Assembly (NCBI GenBank): GCA_951406725.2
Contig: OX597819.1
Coordinates: forward strand, 24,986,001-25,050,000
Reading direction: 5' to 3'
Length of the DNA: 64,000 nt
DNA from: Octopus vulgaris
Lineage: Eukaryota
Positions 49,181-62,925 of the stretch are shown piece by piece. A program made the translations under genes and the position numbers. The stretch's first letter is position 1, and each line of letters opens with the position of its first letter. The notes below the pieces were generated by a model. The model did not search any database. It had not been told where the DNA came from and saw only the letters and a program-made list of their open reading frames with translations.

Positions 49181-49885
49181 ACCTACCAACTTTCTTCTCA
49201 TCTATTTATCACCACATTAATAATTTTTACATCTGCTAAATTATGAAATCAGAAATTAAAAGTCAGAAATTAAAGAAAAAAAAAAAAAACAACACAAAAG
49301 AGAATAAAAAAAAAAAACAATTTATATTTTAAACAAATGAGAAAATCAAATGAACAAAGAAACAAAAATAGCCATTATCTGGTTCTGTAATTTCAAAACA
49401 CATATATATATATTTAAAGATTCAGTCAACCATTAAATAGATTTTTGGTGTATGTAAATGAAGAATGGTTATACAGTAACAATGGAGGGTTAGTTTTTAG
49501 CTTTGTTTCATTGGTTCTTTCTTCAATTAATTAAAATCAACTTTCAGATGTTAGTGTAGTGTTACCTGTATATTAGTGAGTATCTTTGTGTTAGAGACAG
49601 GCATAGTTGTGTGGTTAAGTAGCTTGGTGTGCAATCATGTGGCCCAGAGTTCGATCCTACTTCACAGCAGAACACCTTAGGCAAGTGCCTTCTGTTGATA
49701 TGGCCTCATGAGTGAAAAGCACTTGTTGGAAGACACTTGTCCAAAATGGCATACTGTAGGATCAAACCTGTGATCTTGATACAAATTTCTTGACCATACA
49801 GCCATACACACACACACACATAAACAGAAAGAGAGAGATACACTTAGATATGTTTCAGTCCAAAATTGGCCCAGGCTATATATAA

Positions 49886-50031
49886 CTGGAGGCCGTGGTT
49901 GAAACCAATGGCATTCGTATTGAATAAATTTATCCTTTAGTATTTCAAGATATTTTTGCGTAATTTTGGTAAATATATCTGTTAAAAATGAGATGTCAGT
50001 GTTATTTTCATTTTTGCACCACCGCACCCAG
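49886..50031 (+). mobile_element. 3' end of a Tc1/mariner-superfamily element
   Basis: LEAVVETNGIRIE* resembles Tc1/mariner transposase C-termini; ends CACCCAG|TA. Confidence 0.5.
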
Positions 50032-50936
50032 TATACACATCAATATATCTATCTTTCTATCTTTTTGTCTATCTATCTATCTATGTATGTATCTATCTGT
50101 CTGTCTGTTTGTATGTGTCTATATATATATATATATATGACTTGACTAACTGAAATAAATTATGGCAAATATTTTAACTGTTTCCATTGAAATTGAAAGA
50201 TCTGACACTAATTATATTTTCAAAAACTCTAGCACCCAACAATGGTCAATTAGTATTAATAATACTCCTGTTATCATTGATAGCATAGGACTGTTGCTCA
50301 ATTGTTAGCACATAAAAGGAGTGAAGAGCTACATTGAATGTGAAAGAATTTTAAGAACTGGATATTGAGTATCAGTAGCACAAGTAATGACAAGAATTTG
50401 AAAGAACTCTGGTTTTTCTTCAGGGATACTTACCCATACTTACCCAGTTGTTGACGTATAAGCATTAGAGAGATGAATGTCAACAATAAAAAAACAAAGT
50501 GTTTGTTGAAATCATTCATTTGTGAAAAGATGAATGGGGAGAGAAACTAACACAACAGTGTTTAGTGATGAAAGGATATAGAAAAGGAAGTGAAAAATAT
50601 AAAATGTAGTGTAAAGAATTTAAGAACTTATAAAAACTAACAGCAGCTGTTATGCACAAAGATGTAAGAATAAAGGTCCCAGTGCACATTTTATGATGTG
50701 CTTGCTTGTTATAAGAACATTAAAACAAAATTACTTCTCTATTTGTTTTGCTTTTATAGATAAACTAGTTTTAATAGCATTGTGTGTACGTATTTGAACT
50801 TAGATGCAGCTTGATAGAAATGCTTGTACTGAAACATTAATAAGACATCTATACATGCTTACATACTGAGATGCTGGTAGTTCAGTTTCAGTATTGTTTG
50901 AGATTTTAATTGAAATATTATCACTTAGAGTTAGTT

Positions 50937-51246
50937 ACTCTCTTTCTCTTTTTCTCTTTTACTTGTTTCAGTCATTTGACTGCGGCCATGCTGGAGCACC
51001 GCCTTTAGTCGAGCAAATCGACCCTGGGACTTATATTTTGTAAGCCCAGTACTTATTCTATCGGTCTCTTTTGCTGAACCGCTAAATGACGGGGATGTAA
51101 ACACACCAGCATTGGTTGTCAAGCAATGCTAGAGGGACAAACACAGACACACAAACATATACACACACATACATATATATATACATATATACGACAGGCT
51201 TCTTTCAGTTTCCGTCTACCAAATCTACTCACAAGGCATTGGTCGG
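50937..51246 (-). mobile_element. SINE family A, 5'-truncated
   Basis: Matches the family A body and tail. Confidence 0.9.
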
Positions 51247-51831
51247 GTATCAATTTTTTTCACTTTATTCCTGTAGAAAAATATGGTGCTTCTTTTGTAG
51301 TTCTATCTTGTTTATACATTTATGAATTAGTATTAGCAGTCATGGTTCTCTACCCACCCCTGTTCCACACATAAATCAGCATTTAATTGGACTGGTCTTT
51401 CTAAAGCCAGCTGGAAAGGCCATAGGATATTTTCTCTCTCTCTTTCTTCTCTAGTTTCTTGTTCCTTTTAGCTTCTTGGCTGTCACTAAATGCTCAAGAT
51501 GTTTGAGAGTTCTGTGCAGTATGACGATGAAGGTGTAACTAAGGCAAACAGGACTTAGAAGAAGCCTAGCCCTTGGACATTCATCACATAGACTCACTAG
51601 TATGTGGACATAGCCTGATGTCATTTAAATCAGTCCCCCTATCTAAAGGTTAAATAAACCCTGTGCCTCAAAGGTAAGCTTGAGAGAGCGGCCCACTTGC
51701 TGAGTAAATGACAGCAGGAAGCTATTATTGTATTAGTCTCAAGAAATGTCATTGTGTATATGAATACATCTCTTATATTATGCATACTGAAGTAAACCAA
51801 CCAGCAAAAATATTTGACACATGATTTATTG

Positions 51832-51891
<60 letters not shown>

Positions 51892-52754
51892 TGCACACAA
51901 GTAAACATTAAGTTACATGTCAAATTTTTTTGTTGGTTGGTTTCCCTCTTTTTTGTCATGCTCAATGGAGAAAGCAACACCTGTGATGAGAAAGGTGATA
52001 GAGAGGGAAAGAAAGTATTACAACGAGAATGGTGGATTAAATAGAGAGGTAAGAGATTGAGAGTGTAGGAGTTGGAAGTTTGTGAAGCAGGCAGTTATGT
52101 GTAGACTGTTAAATAGAAGGAGGAATGGAAGAGAGAGTGAGAAGGTAAAAGGTAGCATAAGAAAGAGAGATGCAATACGAATTAGAGAGGTGGTGTGATA
52201 AAATAATTGAGGTTTACAGAATGAACGAATGACAGAATGGAATAATGAGAGAGGGGATGTTGAGAAATGAAAGGATGGGAGCAGAATTTGATAGCAATAA
52301 AAAAAAAAAGGAGGGTGATATTTGATACATATAGGGGCCACTGGTCACTTTGTGTTATTTCTTTGGGCTCATTTTAGTTTATGCAAACTACCTATGCTAT
52401 AGATGTGTTCTACTCTTTTTGTATATGTCTATATCTCTTGGTTTCTGAGGAGGTTAGAGTGGGCAGTTGTTTTGTTGATTATATGTATTGAAGCAGAAAC
52501 ATATGTCCTCTACTGTCTTTTTAACTCCTGATAATAAGCTTGACATTCTCTTTAATTGCATGCCAACTTTGAAGAATTTGTGAGTTTTGAGATTACCTCT
52601 CTTCTAATGTGGAGCTGATCTTAATTGCTATTTGGTAATTGTAGCATAATCTAGTAGCAGAGATAATTTCAATGAATCAAGAATGTATGTATATATAGTC
52701 CAACCCATGCCATCATGGAAAAAGGATGTTGAAGGATGATGATATTGCATAACC

Positions 52755-52973
52755 TTTCTGCAGTTTTAGGGTGCCATCAGGGTACTTGACCACCTGCGAT
52801 ACCTTTGTATCATCAGCATAGCTGATGATTGTGGCTGACTGTATGGCAGAGGGTATGTCTGAGGGAGTCACCACAAACAATACTGATCCCAGTACAGTTC
52901 CATGAGGGATTCCACTAAAAATTGATGTCTCATCAGAGAGCACCATTGGCCGCAACTGTCCAGGATTCAACAA
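52755..52973 (-). pseudogene. Non-LTR reverse transcriptase fragment (CR1/L2-group-like)
   Basis: SGIPHGTVLGSVLF...SYADDTKV correspond to the GVPQGSVLGP and YADD motifs. Confidence 0.85.
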
Positions 52974-53300
52974 ACCAAGCCTATGTGATCATTCTAATAT
53001 TTGTAAAGAGTGAGGTCTGCTGAGTACATCTATTGTCTGTTGCTATATAATGAAACGACTTATTAATTTATAGAAAAGTCTGGTATTTGACTTGCCATGA
53101 TATGTTCTAATGTGTAGCCTGTTCATTATGATGCAGCACAATTATATTTATAGGTGCTTGTATGTGTTTATATACATGTTTGTCAAATGATGTAACATTG
53201 TTATGTAACTAACATAGATTATGAAACAACCATCAACAAATGAAATAAACATCTATTCTGTCACTAATTGGTCAACATACACACACATATATACATACAC

Positions 53301-53407
<107 letters not shown>

Positions 53408-54354
53408 CAATAACAATATATATAAATATATACACACACACACACACCCACACAGAGGCAAGAGAAAAAGGGCAAAGAAAGAGAAATAGTCAAGTGTATG
53501 AGTGAGTGAAGGTCAAAAGAATAATGAAACCAGATAATTTGAAATAAGAAATTGGAAACTTAAAGGAAACTGTTAAGAGTTACTGAAAAGGTGCAGGAAT
53601 AAAACCTCATCATTTTTGGTAAGTACTGTGCTTGTGTATATGTGTGCGTATGTATGTGCATATGTTTGTGTAGATAGGTGTGTGTTCTTTACAGCCTTAT
53701 TATCTAAAGTTTAGATAATAAGACTGTAAAGGTTCTAAACAAATAATGAATGTTAGTCTCCTTGTTATTCATATGATATCACAGTACTAGAGATAAAGCC
53801 ACACATTGTTTTTTATGTATCTTTCTTATGATACTGTTGCTTTCATCTCCCCATGTTTTTGCTATTAGAAATCTTAGTTCCGCCTTCAGTAGTTGGCTAC
53901 TTTATTGCATCCCCACTTTTACTCGAAGGAATTTTTCTAATGATCATGCTTCTTTCTTCTAGTCAGATGTGCATATTTAGATATTTAATGATAATGCATA
54001 AACATGGAGTAGGGTGAGCACTGTAGACAGATATTGTCTTCTTAAATTCTGCAGGCTGATATTTATGTGAACATGTGCTGAAAGTTATTCTCAGTTGATG
54101 TGGGTATAATATACAGACATATATAAACATATAAACATGTGTCGGAGGTTTAACTCTCTGTCTCTCTCTCTCTCTATTGAATGGATATATAACTATTTGG
54201 ATTTTATTACCTCTTGTAACCTCCTATATGGTAATCTATTGTTGAAGAGTAGTTCCAGTAAGAATTATATCAGGAAGCCAATAGAAAAGGCGAGATGCAA
54301 ATAAATGTTCTTTGTGTGACTTACAGGTTCTGAAGAATACATTGTTTATATGTA

Positions 54355-55637
54355 TGAGGGGGTATTCATTAAAGATTTCTCCTGACCCACCTCCCAAGGA
54401 CTGGGATAAATGAAACTTGGCATAATTATTAGTCCTTCTCTACATAGCCATCACTAATGGTGACACACTTCTCCTATTGCCTTATGAAGCTGTGAAGACC
54501 TCACCTGTAGTAGTTGGTAGTTTGCGTCTGGACCCAAGACTTTACCTCGGAAATAAGTTCATCATCATCCAAAAAATGCTTCCCCTTCAAAAAAGACTTC
54601 ATGGTTGGAAAGAGGTGGAAGTAAGATGGTGCAAAGTCAGGAGAGTAAGAGGGATGAGGAAGGATTTCTTAGCTGCAGGAGTGTGCTTTCATCTGAGCCA
54701 CATGCACATTGTGAACTGGGGCATTGTCTTGGAGGCAGATTCCTTTGGTCAGCATGCCATGCCACTCTGTTTTGATGGCATCCCACAATTTTTGTAGCAG
54801 AGAAGCATAATACACCTTGTTAATTGTGGTGTCCTTTACCAGAAAATCTATCATCACTACTCTATGCTGATCCCAAAAGACTATGAGCATTACCTTGCTT
54901 GCTGAGGATTAGACACAAGCCTTCTTTGGAGGTGGTGAGTTATCATGCCTCTATTGCTTTGACTGGACTTTAATTTCAGGATCATTGTGATGGACCCATG
55001 TTTCATCCCGTGTGATGAGTCTGCCGAAAAAGTCCTCCTTGTTTTCTTGGCACATTGCCAAAAAAGCTTGGGAACAATTGATTTGTTCCTGCTTCTGAAA
55101 ATGTGAGAGCATCCAGACAATCCGTTGTGCAGACAACTCCTGTTTATGCAAATAGTCATGAATAATTTTTTCCATGGGCCCTACACTTATCTTCACTAGT
55201 TACCGAATAGTTATTTGGCAATCCTCTAAAATGGCGACTTCCACTTTATGGATAGTGTTGTCATCAGTGGCAGAATGTGGTTGTCCAAGAATAGGATCAG
55301 TTTCCACTGATGTCTGACCACATTTGAACTGGCAGTGCCAGTGCTTAACTACATCGTATGATGGTGCATTGTCACCATAAACTTTTTTCAATTCATCGAA
55401 AATCTCTTTTGGTGTATGACCTTTCAAGTATAAAAACCTGATCACTGATCTGCATTCAACAGCCATCGTTATAACACCTTAGTCCACTTCAGCAGCTGTA
55501 AAAGACAAATGAATACTAGTGGAAAGCTGCAATTTACAATGTGACATATAGAGACATGTATGATTATACCTGTACAAGTTCTGTTTCCTGCAATAACCAG
55601 AAGTGGGTCTGGGGAAATCTTTAATGAACACCCCTTG
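54355..55637 (-). mobile_element. Full-length decayed mariner transposon (1283 bp)
   Basis: TA flanks at 54353-54354 and 55638-55639; imperfect TIRs of about 38 bp (GGGGT(A/G)TTCATTAAAGATTTC(T/C)CC). Confidence 0.95.
54429..55466 (-). pseudogene. mariner transposase pseudogene
   Basis: N-terminal HTH region RSVIRFLYLKG, ITRDETWVHH, LQDNAPVH, HPSYSPDFAPSYFHLF (third catalytic D appears as Y), C-terminus GYVEKD*. Several stops and frameshifts. Confidence 0.93.
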
Positions 55638-56829
55638 TATATGGAACCACATTGCTTATTCCATCATGTAGGGTTTGGTAGTTTAACTTGGAGCTGTTTA
55701 GAGTATGTTCTTTCTCTGTTGTCATTTTAGTGTGGTGGATGAGGTAGGAATGCTTAGTGTAGAGTAGACTTCCATGACTCAGAATATTTTACTGAAGGTT
55801 GGTTGCATAGATCAGAAATGTTGTGTTAGAAAGGCGACTGATTTTAAGATGTCTGTGTGTACGCGCGCGTACACAAAGGCCTTCTTGACCCTCTCCACTT
55901 CTGTTCATTTAAAGCAGTTTGAGCAAGATAGAATAAATAGCAGAGAGTAGTGAGTGTATGCGTGTGTGTGCATGCATGCATGTGTATGTATATAGTGGTG
56001 TTAGTACAATAAACAATATTTATCTCTCACTAGATGGAGTACTTTTTTGTTGATTTTTACCTTAAATGAAAAGTAAACTATATATATATTTGGAAGTGGG
56101 GGATTGTTTATCATATATACATAAGTGCAAGGATGTCTGTCTATATATCCATATACACTCACCACACACAGTAATCAGACTATAATTTTTCTAGTTTAGG
56201 TACATGGCCATCATTTTTTTCTTGTGTGGAAGTTGGGCAGACAGGTCAGCTAAACAATTATGTATCCAAATATAATGAGAGTTATTACATTAAGTAGATT
56301 GTGTATTACAAACATTTTAAGAGAGTTTAAATTGAAATATTAATCTGCTTTGCTCATTACGATTGTAACCCTAATCAGGATAAAGTATTTCTAGGCAAAT
56401 TAACATTTGTCTTTAATACTTAAAAGAGATTTATACCCGCATGAAAAACAGAACATATGCTTGTGCATGTATAATACTAAAGGCTTTGTGTATTTCAATA
56501 ATGTATTAATACATGCACATCATCATCTAATGCTGCAAAGGTTGGACAAGTCTCTCAGAGTTTTGTCATTTCTCATTGGGCACACACAATTATAAAGAAA
56601 GCTGATAATCACTGTTGTTAGGTACAACATACTTTTTGGCATGAGTTTGTACAACTGGATGCCCTTCATATTATCAATCACACCACCAGCACTTGAATTT
56701 TAAATGTCTGTGTAATATAAACAATGTAATGTCTTGATGAAGAGGTCAAATAAGAATGAAGCACGTTTAGAGTTGCTAAAGATCAAACTGTCCTCTACTT
56801 CATGCTCATGTTATATTTTCAATTTCTTT

Positions 56830-57640
56830 TAATTAACCCGATACAGTAGCTTGCTTCCTCTATAGTTGCTTCTCTCAAAAGCATCACCTTTGCCTTTGTA
56901 GCAGTTTACTATGATGCTGCCACTCCAATCATTGGGTATGACATCTTCCTTTTTAACTTGATAAAACTATCCATGTAGTGATCATATATATCCTACCTTA
57001 CCAGATATTTTGAGCATCTCCACAACTGTTCCTGAATGGACCCACAGCTTTCCTGCTCATCATGTCCTTAATCACTTTATCTACCAAGCTGTTGTCAACT
57101 TGATTTGCTGGTCCCTCTGGGGGATCAGTATCAGGTAGCCCCTCTTTATCTCATGCATTCTTCACACCCAACAGCCACTCATTATAAGTACTTCCACACC
57201 ACTTTCTTGTCTTCCACATGGATGACATGTATACCTTCATCTTTACAAATACACATCTTGTCAATAATGTCTTGGTCCTCTCTTGGTTCTCTTGAGATCT
57301 TAAATACTTCTGATCCTCGAGTAGGATGTGTGCAAATCTCTTCCTTTCTGCCACACGCTTAACCAAATATGTCAGTTGCTGAGCTATTCTTCTCTCTATT
57401 TGATAATGTTCCCTACTTCCACCTTCCTTCCAAGTTTTCAAAACTGTCTCTTAATCTTTACTAACAACTGTATCATTCCACCATCATTGTTACATTCAGT
57501 TTGGCTGGATCTTTACTTCAGTCACATGTCTGATCTGTAGCACTAAGTAGGTTACTTTGCGGAAATTCCTAGTTATCATCTATGTTAGAGGTATCTAGCT
57601 CTTTCTCTTTAGAGTCATACCTGTCATTGAGTATTTCTCT
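56830..57640 (-). pseudogene. RTE-clade LINE ORF fragment
   Basis: WKEGGSREHY..., GKAVGP and IPNDWSGSIIVNCYKGKGDAFERSNYRGSKLL across frameshifts. Confidence 0.82.
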
Positions 57641-58194
57641 AAACCTATTCCCACACACAGGATCTTCTAGTTTCCATATCCTCCTTCCCTCTATAACTCA
57701 CACATATAGACACATGCATGTACATCGCCACTCCCACATACCCACACTCATTATATGCATATCTACCTGTCTGTCTGTCTCATCATCATCATCATTTTAC
57801 ATCTGCTTTCCATTTTCCATGCTGGCATTGGCATGATGGGTCATCATTTTCCATTTCATCTCTTATTCAGAATTATTTTTCTCCTAGATGGGTTGGGCGA
57901 ACCAAGTCTCTCTTAAATGCTGTTAATTTTGACATGGTTTCTAAAGCTGGATGCTCTTCCTATCACCAACCACTTTCAGAGTGTATTGGGTGAATTTTAT
58001 CGTGGCACCAGCACTAGAGAAGTTGTCATGTTTTCACTGAGACTAGGTTAAAAATCCCCTTGAGCCTACATTATACAACTGGCTTCCATATAGTTTCCAT
58101 TCAACTAAATTTACTAGTGAAACATTGGCCAACCTGAGGCTACAGTAGATATTTGCCCCAGAAATCACCCAGACAAACCACACACGTGCGCACG

Positions 58195-58250
<56 letters not shown>

Positions 58251-59262
58251 AGAAAATAACTATGCGGTTGCAAAGCAAACCTCTTAATCCCACAATAACC
58301 TCCTCTACACTCTCTCTCTCTCTCATTGTAATCCCTTTGTCTCCTTCCATGAAGCTGACCCCCCACCTCCTATCTACCCCAGGGCTCATAGTCTTGCAAA
58401 CTGCATCGCAACCCCAATAGTCTATTGGTATGAAAATAGCACCCTGTCCAGACTGTAAAGTAGTTGACATCAGGAAGGGCATCCAACCATAAAACCATAG
58501 CAAAGTAGACATTGGAGCTCAATTCAGTCCTTGGACGCAGCAGTTCCTGTCAAGCTGTTCAACCAACGTTAGTATGGAACATAGACATTAAATGATGATG
58601 ATGATGGTGATGATAATGATACACACACACACACACTCACGTGCACACACATTAAGGTGCATGGCTTATTGGTTAGTGTGTTGCAAGATCATGGGTTCTA
58701 TTCCCAGACCGGCTGCTATGTTGTGTTCTTGAGCAAAGCACTTTATTTCACATTGCTCTGCAATCATTTTGTCATCTGACGTGTGGCACATAGTACACCT
58801 GTACAGGTAATGTCGACTTGAGTGAGTTTATGTGAATGCAAACATTTGTTCACTATAAATAAATCATCTATGTGGTTGCTCGGCAATGGGAGAGTCCATA
58901 ATATGTGTGTGTGTGTGTTTTCTGTCTGTTCTGTTCTTTCTATTCAGTCTGCTGTATCATAATTATTGTTTTAAATTTTTGCATGGTATAAGTGGATTGA
59001 GAGTAACCATGTATTATATGTATAATTAGTTTGTGTTTGCAGACTATTATATTATGGAAATCTACAGCATATAAGCATCATCTGTGCTAGACTGATTTGT
59101 TTGTCTTACAGATATTTGTATTACTATTTGTGATAGTAATTTCCTTTAATTGCTTTAAAACTCAATAACATTTATGGTCTGCTTGTTAAAGAAAGCAAAT
59201 TGTGATATGTAATCAGAAATCATGAGAAATAGCATTCTTATCTGTAGAATCAAGTAAAAGTC

Positions 59263-59673
59263 TTTGAAACATTTTGAAACTATATCCTGTAGCAATGGAT
59301 GTAATTCATAGAATAAGCTGAAAAAGGACCCTGCCTGAAATACTGAACTGTACTTTATATTCTTGGGTACAAAATCATTTTACAAATTTTAGCTGCGTTT
59401 TTCTGATGTGGACCTTCAGTTATTTCTTTTAATCATCGGTAATTTTTCACTTTTATAAATATATATTTGAAACATTTTGAAACTATATCCTGTAGCAATG
59501 GATGTAATTCATAGAATAAGCTGAAAAAGGACCCTGCCTGAAATACTGAACTGTACTTTATATTCTTTGGTACAAAATCATTTTACAAATTTTAGCTGCG
59601 TTTTTCTGATGTGGACCTTCAGTTATTTCTTTTAATCATCGGTATTTTTTCACTTTTGTAAATATATATTTGA
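59263..59673. repeat. 203-bp tandem duplication
   Basis: 59263-59465 versus 59466-59668, three substitutions by eye; TTTGA at all three boundaries. Confidence 0.95.
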
Positions 59674-60151
59674 TATTATGAGCCTGGCAGCCTAAGTACC
59701 ATTGTGGAAATTCTTCTACAATATCTCTTTGATTTATAACTAAAATTCTTAACCAAATATGTAAAACATGCAAATGAGACAGCTTCATGCTAGTTTCAAG
59801 GAAACCAAAGTTTTTGCTTTTTATTTCGGTATCCTGGTATGTTGTATTATTTCTTAATTATCAGCTGAAAAATCAGCACGTCTGTTTTAGGTTTGTCATT
59901 CATTATTGACCCTTAAATAGTTGACTAGAAACTATTCAGGTTAGGATTGGTTTGCATCATATTTTAATTTTTTTTCTTCCTAATTCATTACTATAATTTT
60001 TGTTGTTAGTGTTTTTTACTGGGTTCTATGGTAAGATTACAGTGATACAACTCCTAAACCCCGTTTTGTATGCTAGTTAGAACAACTTCACTTATTTTGT
60101 TTATACCCTTGGGAAGGTGTGAATATCTGTTTCCTATTTCTTTCATTCCTA

Positions 60152-60185
<34 letters not shown>

Positions 60186-60619
60186 GCAGCATTCTTTCAA
60201 TTTCACTTGATGTTGTTGAGAGGTATAATGACTGGGTGAATAAAATACTGGATTCTTGGTTCATGGCAGGAGTTTGTTAACTCACTTGCAGGTTTTATTG
60301 TTGATGAGGTAAGATTTTTGTTTGAAATCATTACTGTTACTGAGATTATTGTATTTTATATGTCTCTAGTTATCTGTTTTGTCTCACTTTTCTGTTCTAT
60401 ATCTGTTCTATTTGTCTGTCTTATTGCCTTAGCAGTCTTCCCTATATATCTATGTTAACTGCCTATCTGTTCTCTAATTTCTCTGTTATACCCATCTGTC
60501 TGTTCTATCTCTCTGCTTCTTCTAACTGCCTGCCTGATCTAACAGCTTGTCTGACTGTTCTATCTTTCTCTAGGTTCTGTCTATTTGTCCTGCTCTGTCA
60601 TTATCAACAGTTTTTATTT

Positions 60620-60817
60620 CAATTTTTTGGCACAAGACCAGCAGTTTTTAGGTGGGGGGGTTTAGTTAATTAGTTAGAATCCAGCACTTTACTGTCACTT
60701 TATTTTCATTGACTTTGAAAGGATGAAAGGCGAAGTTGATCTCAGTCGTATTTTAACTTAGAAATGCCACTATGCACTTTCTCTGATGTGCTAATGATTC
60801 TACCAGCTCACCACCTT
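60620..60817 (-). mobile_element. SINE family B, diverged
   Basis: GAAAGGATGAAAGGCGAAGTTGA core and CTACCAGCTCACCACC head. Confidence 0.75.
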
Positions 60818-60831
60818 AAAACTAAAGTGTT

Positions 60832-60938
60832 GCTTACAACACCTAGGTTTCTCAAGTGACCACCCACCTAAGTACTAACTAGGCTTGGTATAGCTAATCT
60901 CCAGTGATTGGATGAGAAGCAGCATTTTCAACGCATAG
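60832..60938 (-). pseudogene. Decayed 5S rRNA copy
   Basis: Minus strand CGTTGAAAATGCTGCTTCTCATCCAATCACTGGAG...GTTAGTACTTAGGTGGGTGGTCACTTGAGAAACCTAGGTGTTGTAAGC aligns by eye with metazoan 5S rRNA. Many transitions; 5' end lost. Confidence 0.8.
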
Positions 60939-62155
60939 TTTTTCACTGATTCAAATATCATGAAGGTTATCTGTTTCTGCTAAAAGTAATCACTTGTAGA
61001 CATACTGAGGTTGATTGAATATATTAGCTCAACTAATTATTCTTTTGGTGATTAATAAATGAAAAAAATTTTTTTTTGAAAGAAATTAATTTTACTCTTC
61101 CACCTGTTGTGTTGGTGTAGTGGTTTAAATGCCATTACATGTTTCTTCTTCACAATTTCTCTAAAGACTTCATCATTAATTATGAAATTTCTGTTTTGTT
61201 TACCTACCCTATTATCATTTCCCTGCTGAAGGTGTCATCTCATTCTTTCTGGATATGCCACCCATTTCAAATTGTTGCTGACAGAATGACATCTTTCAAT
61301 CTTGTTGATAGAAATAACAATCTGTATACCATTAGTGCCAAGCTTCCCACGGAATTACTAAAATAATGATGAGGATGATGATGATGATTCTATGTCTTGT
61401 CATATATTTTCTCTGCTATCTTCCTACTGATTCCTTTTCCAAAATCCAATCTTTCAATTATTTTTGCTATGTTGTGAGGAGGTATGGTGTTTGTACAAAA
61501 GTTTTTATTATGCTTTAAATACCAGGCATACTGGATGCAAAGTGTTTTCAGTTCATATCTCACTGCAATCTACTTGTTGTTGTATAGTTTATATAGCTGG
61601 AAAAATTCCTATCATTTACTCTATTTGAGAAAGTTAAGTTTATGAGAGAATACTATCTTATCTTGCATGTTTTATGTTTTGCTTTTCAGCCATATACTGT
61701 TTTAGTTAAAAAAAAACAGTAACCATTATTAAGGCATTGCAGCTAGAAAAGTATTAGCATTAAAATATATATATATAAATCTGCTTATTATTAAAATTTT
61801 AAAATTCTTAATAAAGATTGTTAATATATTTTGTTTTAATTTCTTGGCTTTTGATGGGATTTGCCCCCCCATCACTTAACCAGTAGCATTTATACTGGTC
61901 ATATCTGGTCAATGTATTTTACATCTTTTATGTTCATACTGGCTAGATCCAGTCTTTTATACTTTGCCTGCAATGACATTCTAGAAATAAACATTCACAG
62001 CATTGAAACCCTGAAGCTTTGGGGTAATGCATTATTAATTCAAGAGAATGTGAATAATAAGCATTACATTTGACAAAGTAATCTGAATGCTTAAAGGATA
62101 ATATTTTATTGTGGCATGGGCCCCCTTCAAATATATCCCTAAGATAGTAAAAAAA

Positions 62156-62570
62156 GCGCAGGAGGGGCTGTGTGGTAAGTAGCTTGCTAACCAACCACAT
62201 GGTTCCGGGTTCAGTCCCACTGCGTGGCATCTTGGGCAAGTGTCTTCTGCTATAGCCCCGGGCTGACCAATGCCTTGTGAGTGGATTTGGTAGACGGAAA
62301 CTGAAAGAAGCCTGTCGTATATATGTATGTATATATATATGTGTGTGTGTGTGGGTTGGTGTGTCTGTGTTTGTCCCCCTAGCATTGCTTGACAACCGAT
62401 GCTGGTGTGTTTACGTCCATGTAACTAAGCGGTTCGGCAAAAGAGACCAATAGAATAAGTACTGGGTTTACAAAGAATAAGTCCCAGGGTCGATTTGTTC
62501 AACTAAAGGCGGTGCTCCAGCATGGCCGCAGTCAAATGACTGAAACAAGTAAAAGAGTAAAAAGAGTAAA
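62156..62570 (+). mobile_element. SINE family A, full length
   Basis: Matches family A. Confidence 0.92.
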
Positions 62571-62632
62571 TAAATAAAAGAAAGCATTTGAAAACAATTG
62601 TGAGGAAAAAGGATTTAAACATGTTTTGTGAA

Positions 62633-62925
62633 GGTGCATGGATCAGTGGTTAGAGCGTCAAACTTATGACCGTCAGGTTGTGAGTTCGAATCCAGGACCA
62701 GGCTGCGTGTTGTATTCTTGAGCAAGACACTTTATTTCATGTTGCTCCAGTTCACTCAGCTGTAGAAATGAGTTTCGACGTCACTGGTGCCAAGCTGTAT
62801 CGGACTTTGCCTTTCCCTTGGATAGCATCGGTGGCATGGAGAGGGGAGGCTGGTATGCATGGGCGACTGCTGGTCTTCCATAAACAACCTTGCCCAGACT
62901 TGTGCCTCGGAGGGGGGGGGGTCTC
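62633..62925 (+). mobile_element. SINE family D copy
   Basis: Matches 40039-40369. Confidence 0.88.

Noticed and set aside
48965-49201. Gly-rich, Val-rich and His-rich ORFs
   Set aside because: Alternative frames of a (CAC)n tract.
54429-55466. Active or domesticated mariner transposase
   Set aside because: Multiple stops and frameshifts and loss of the third catalytic Asp.
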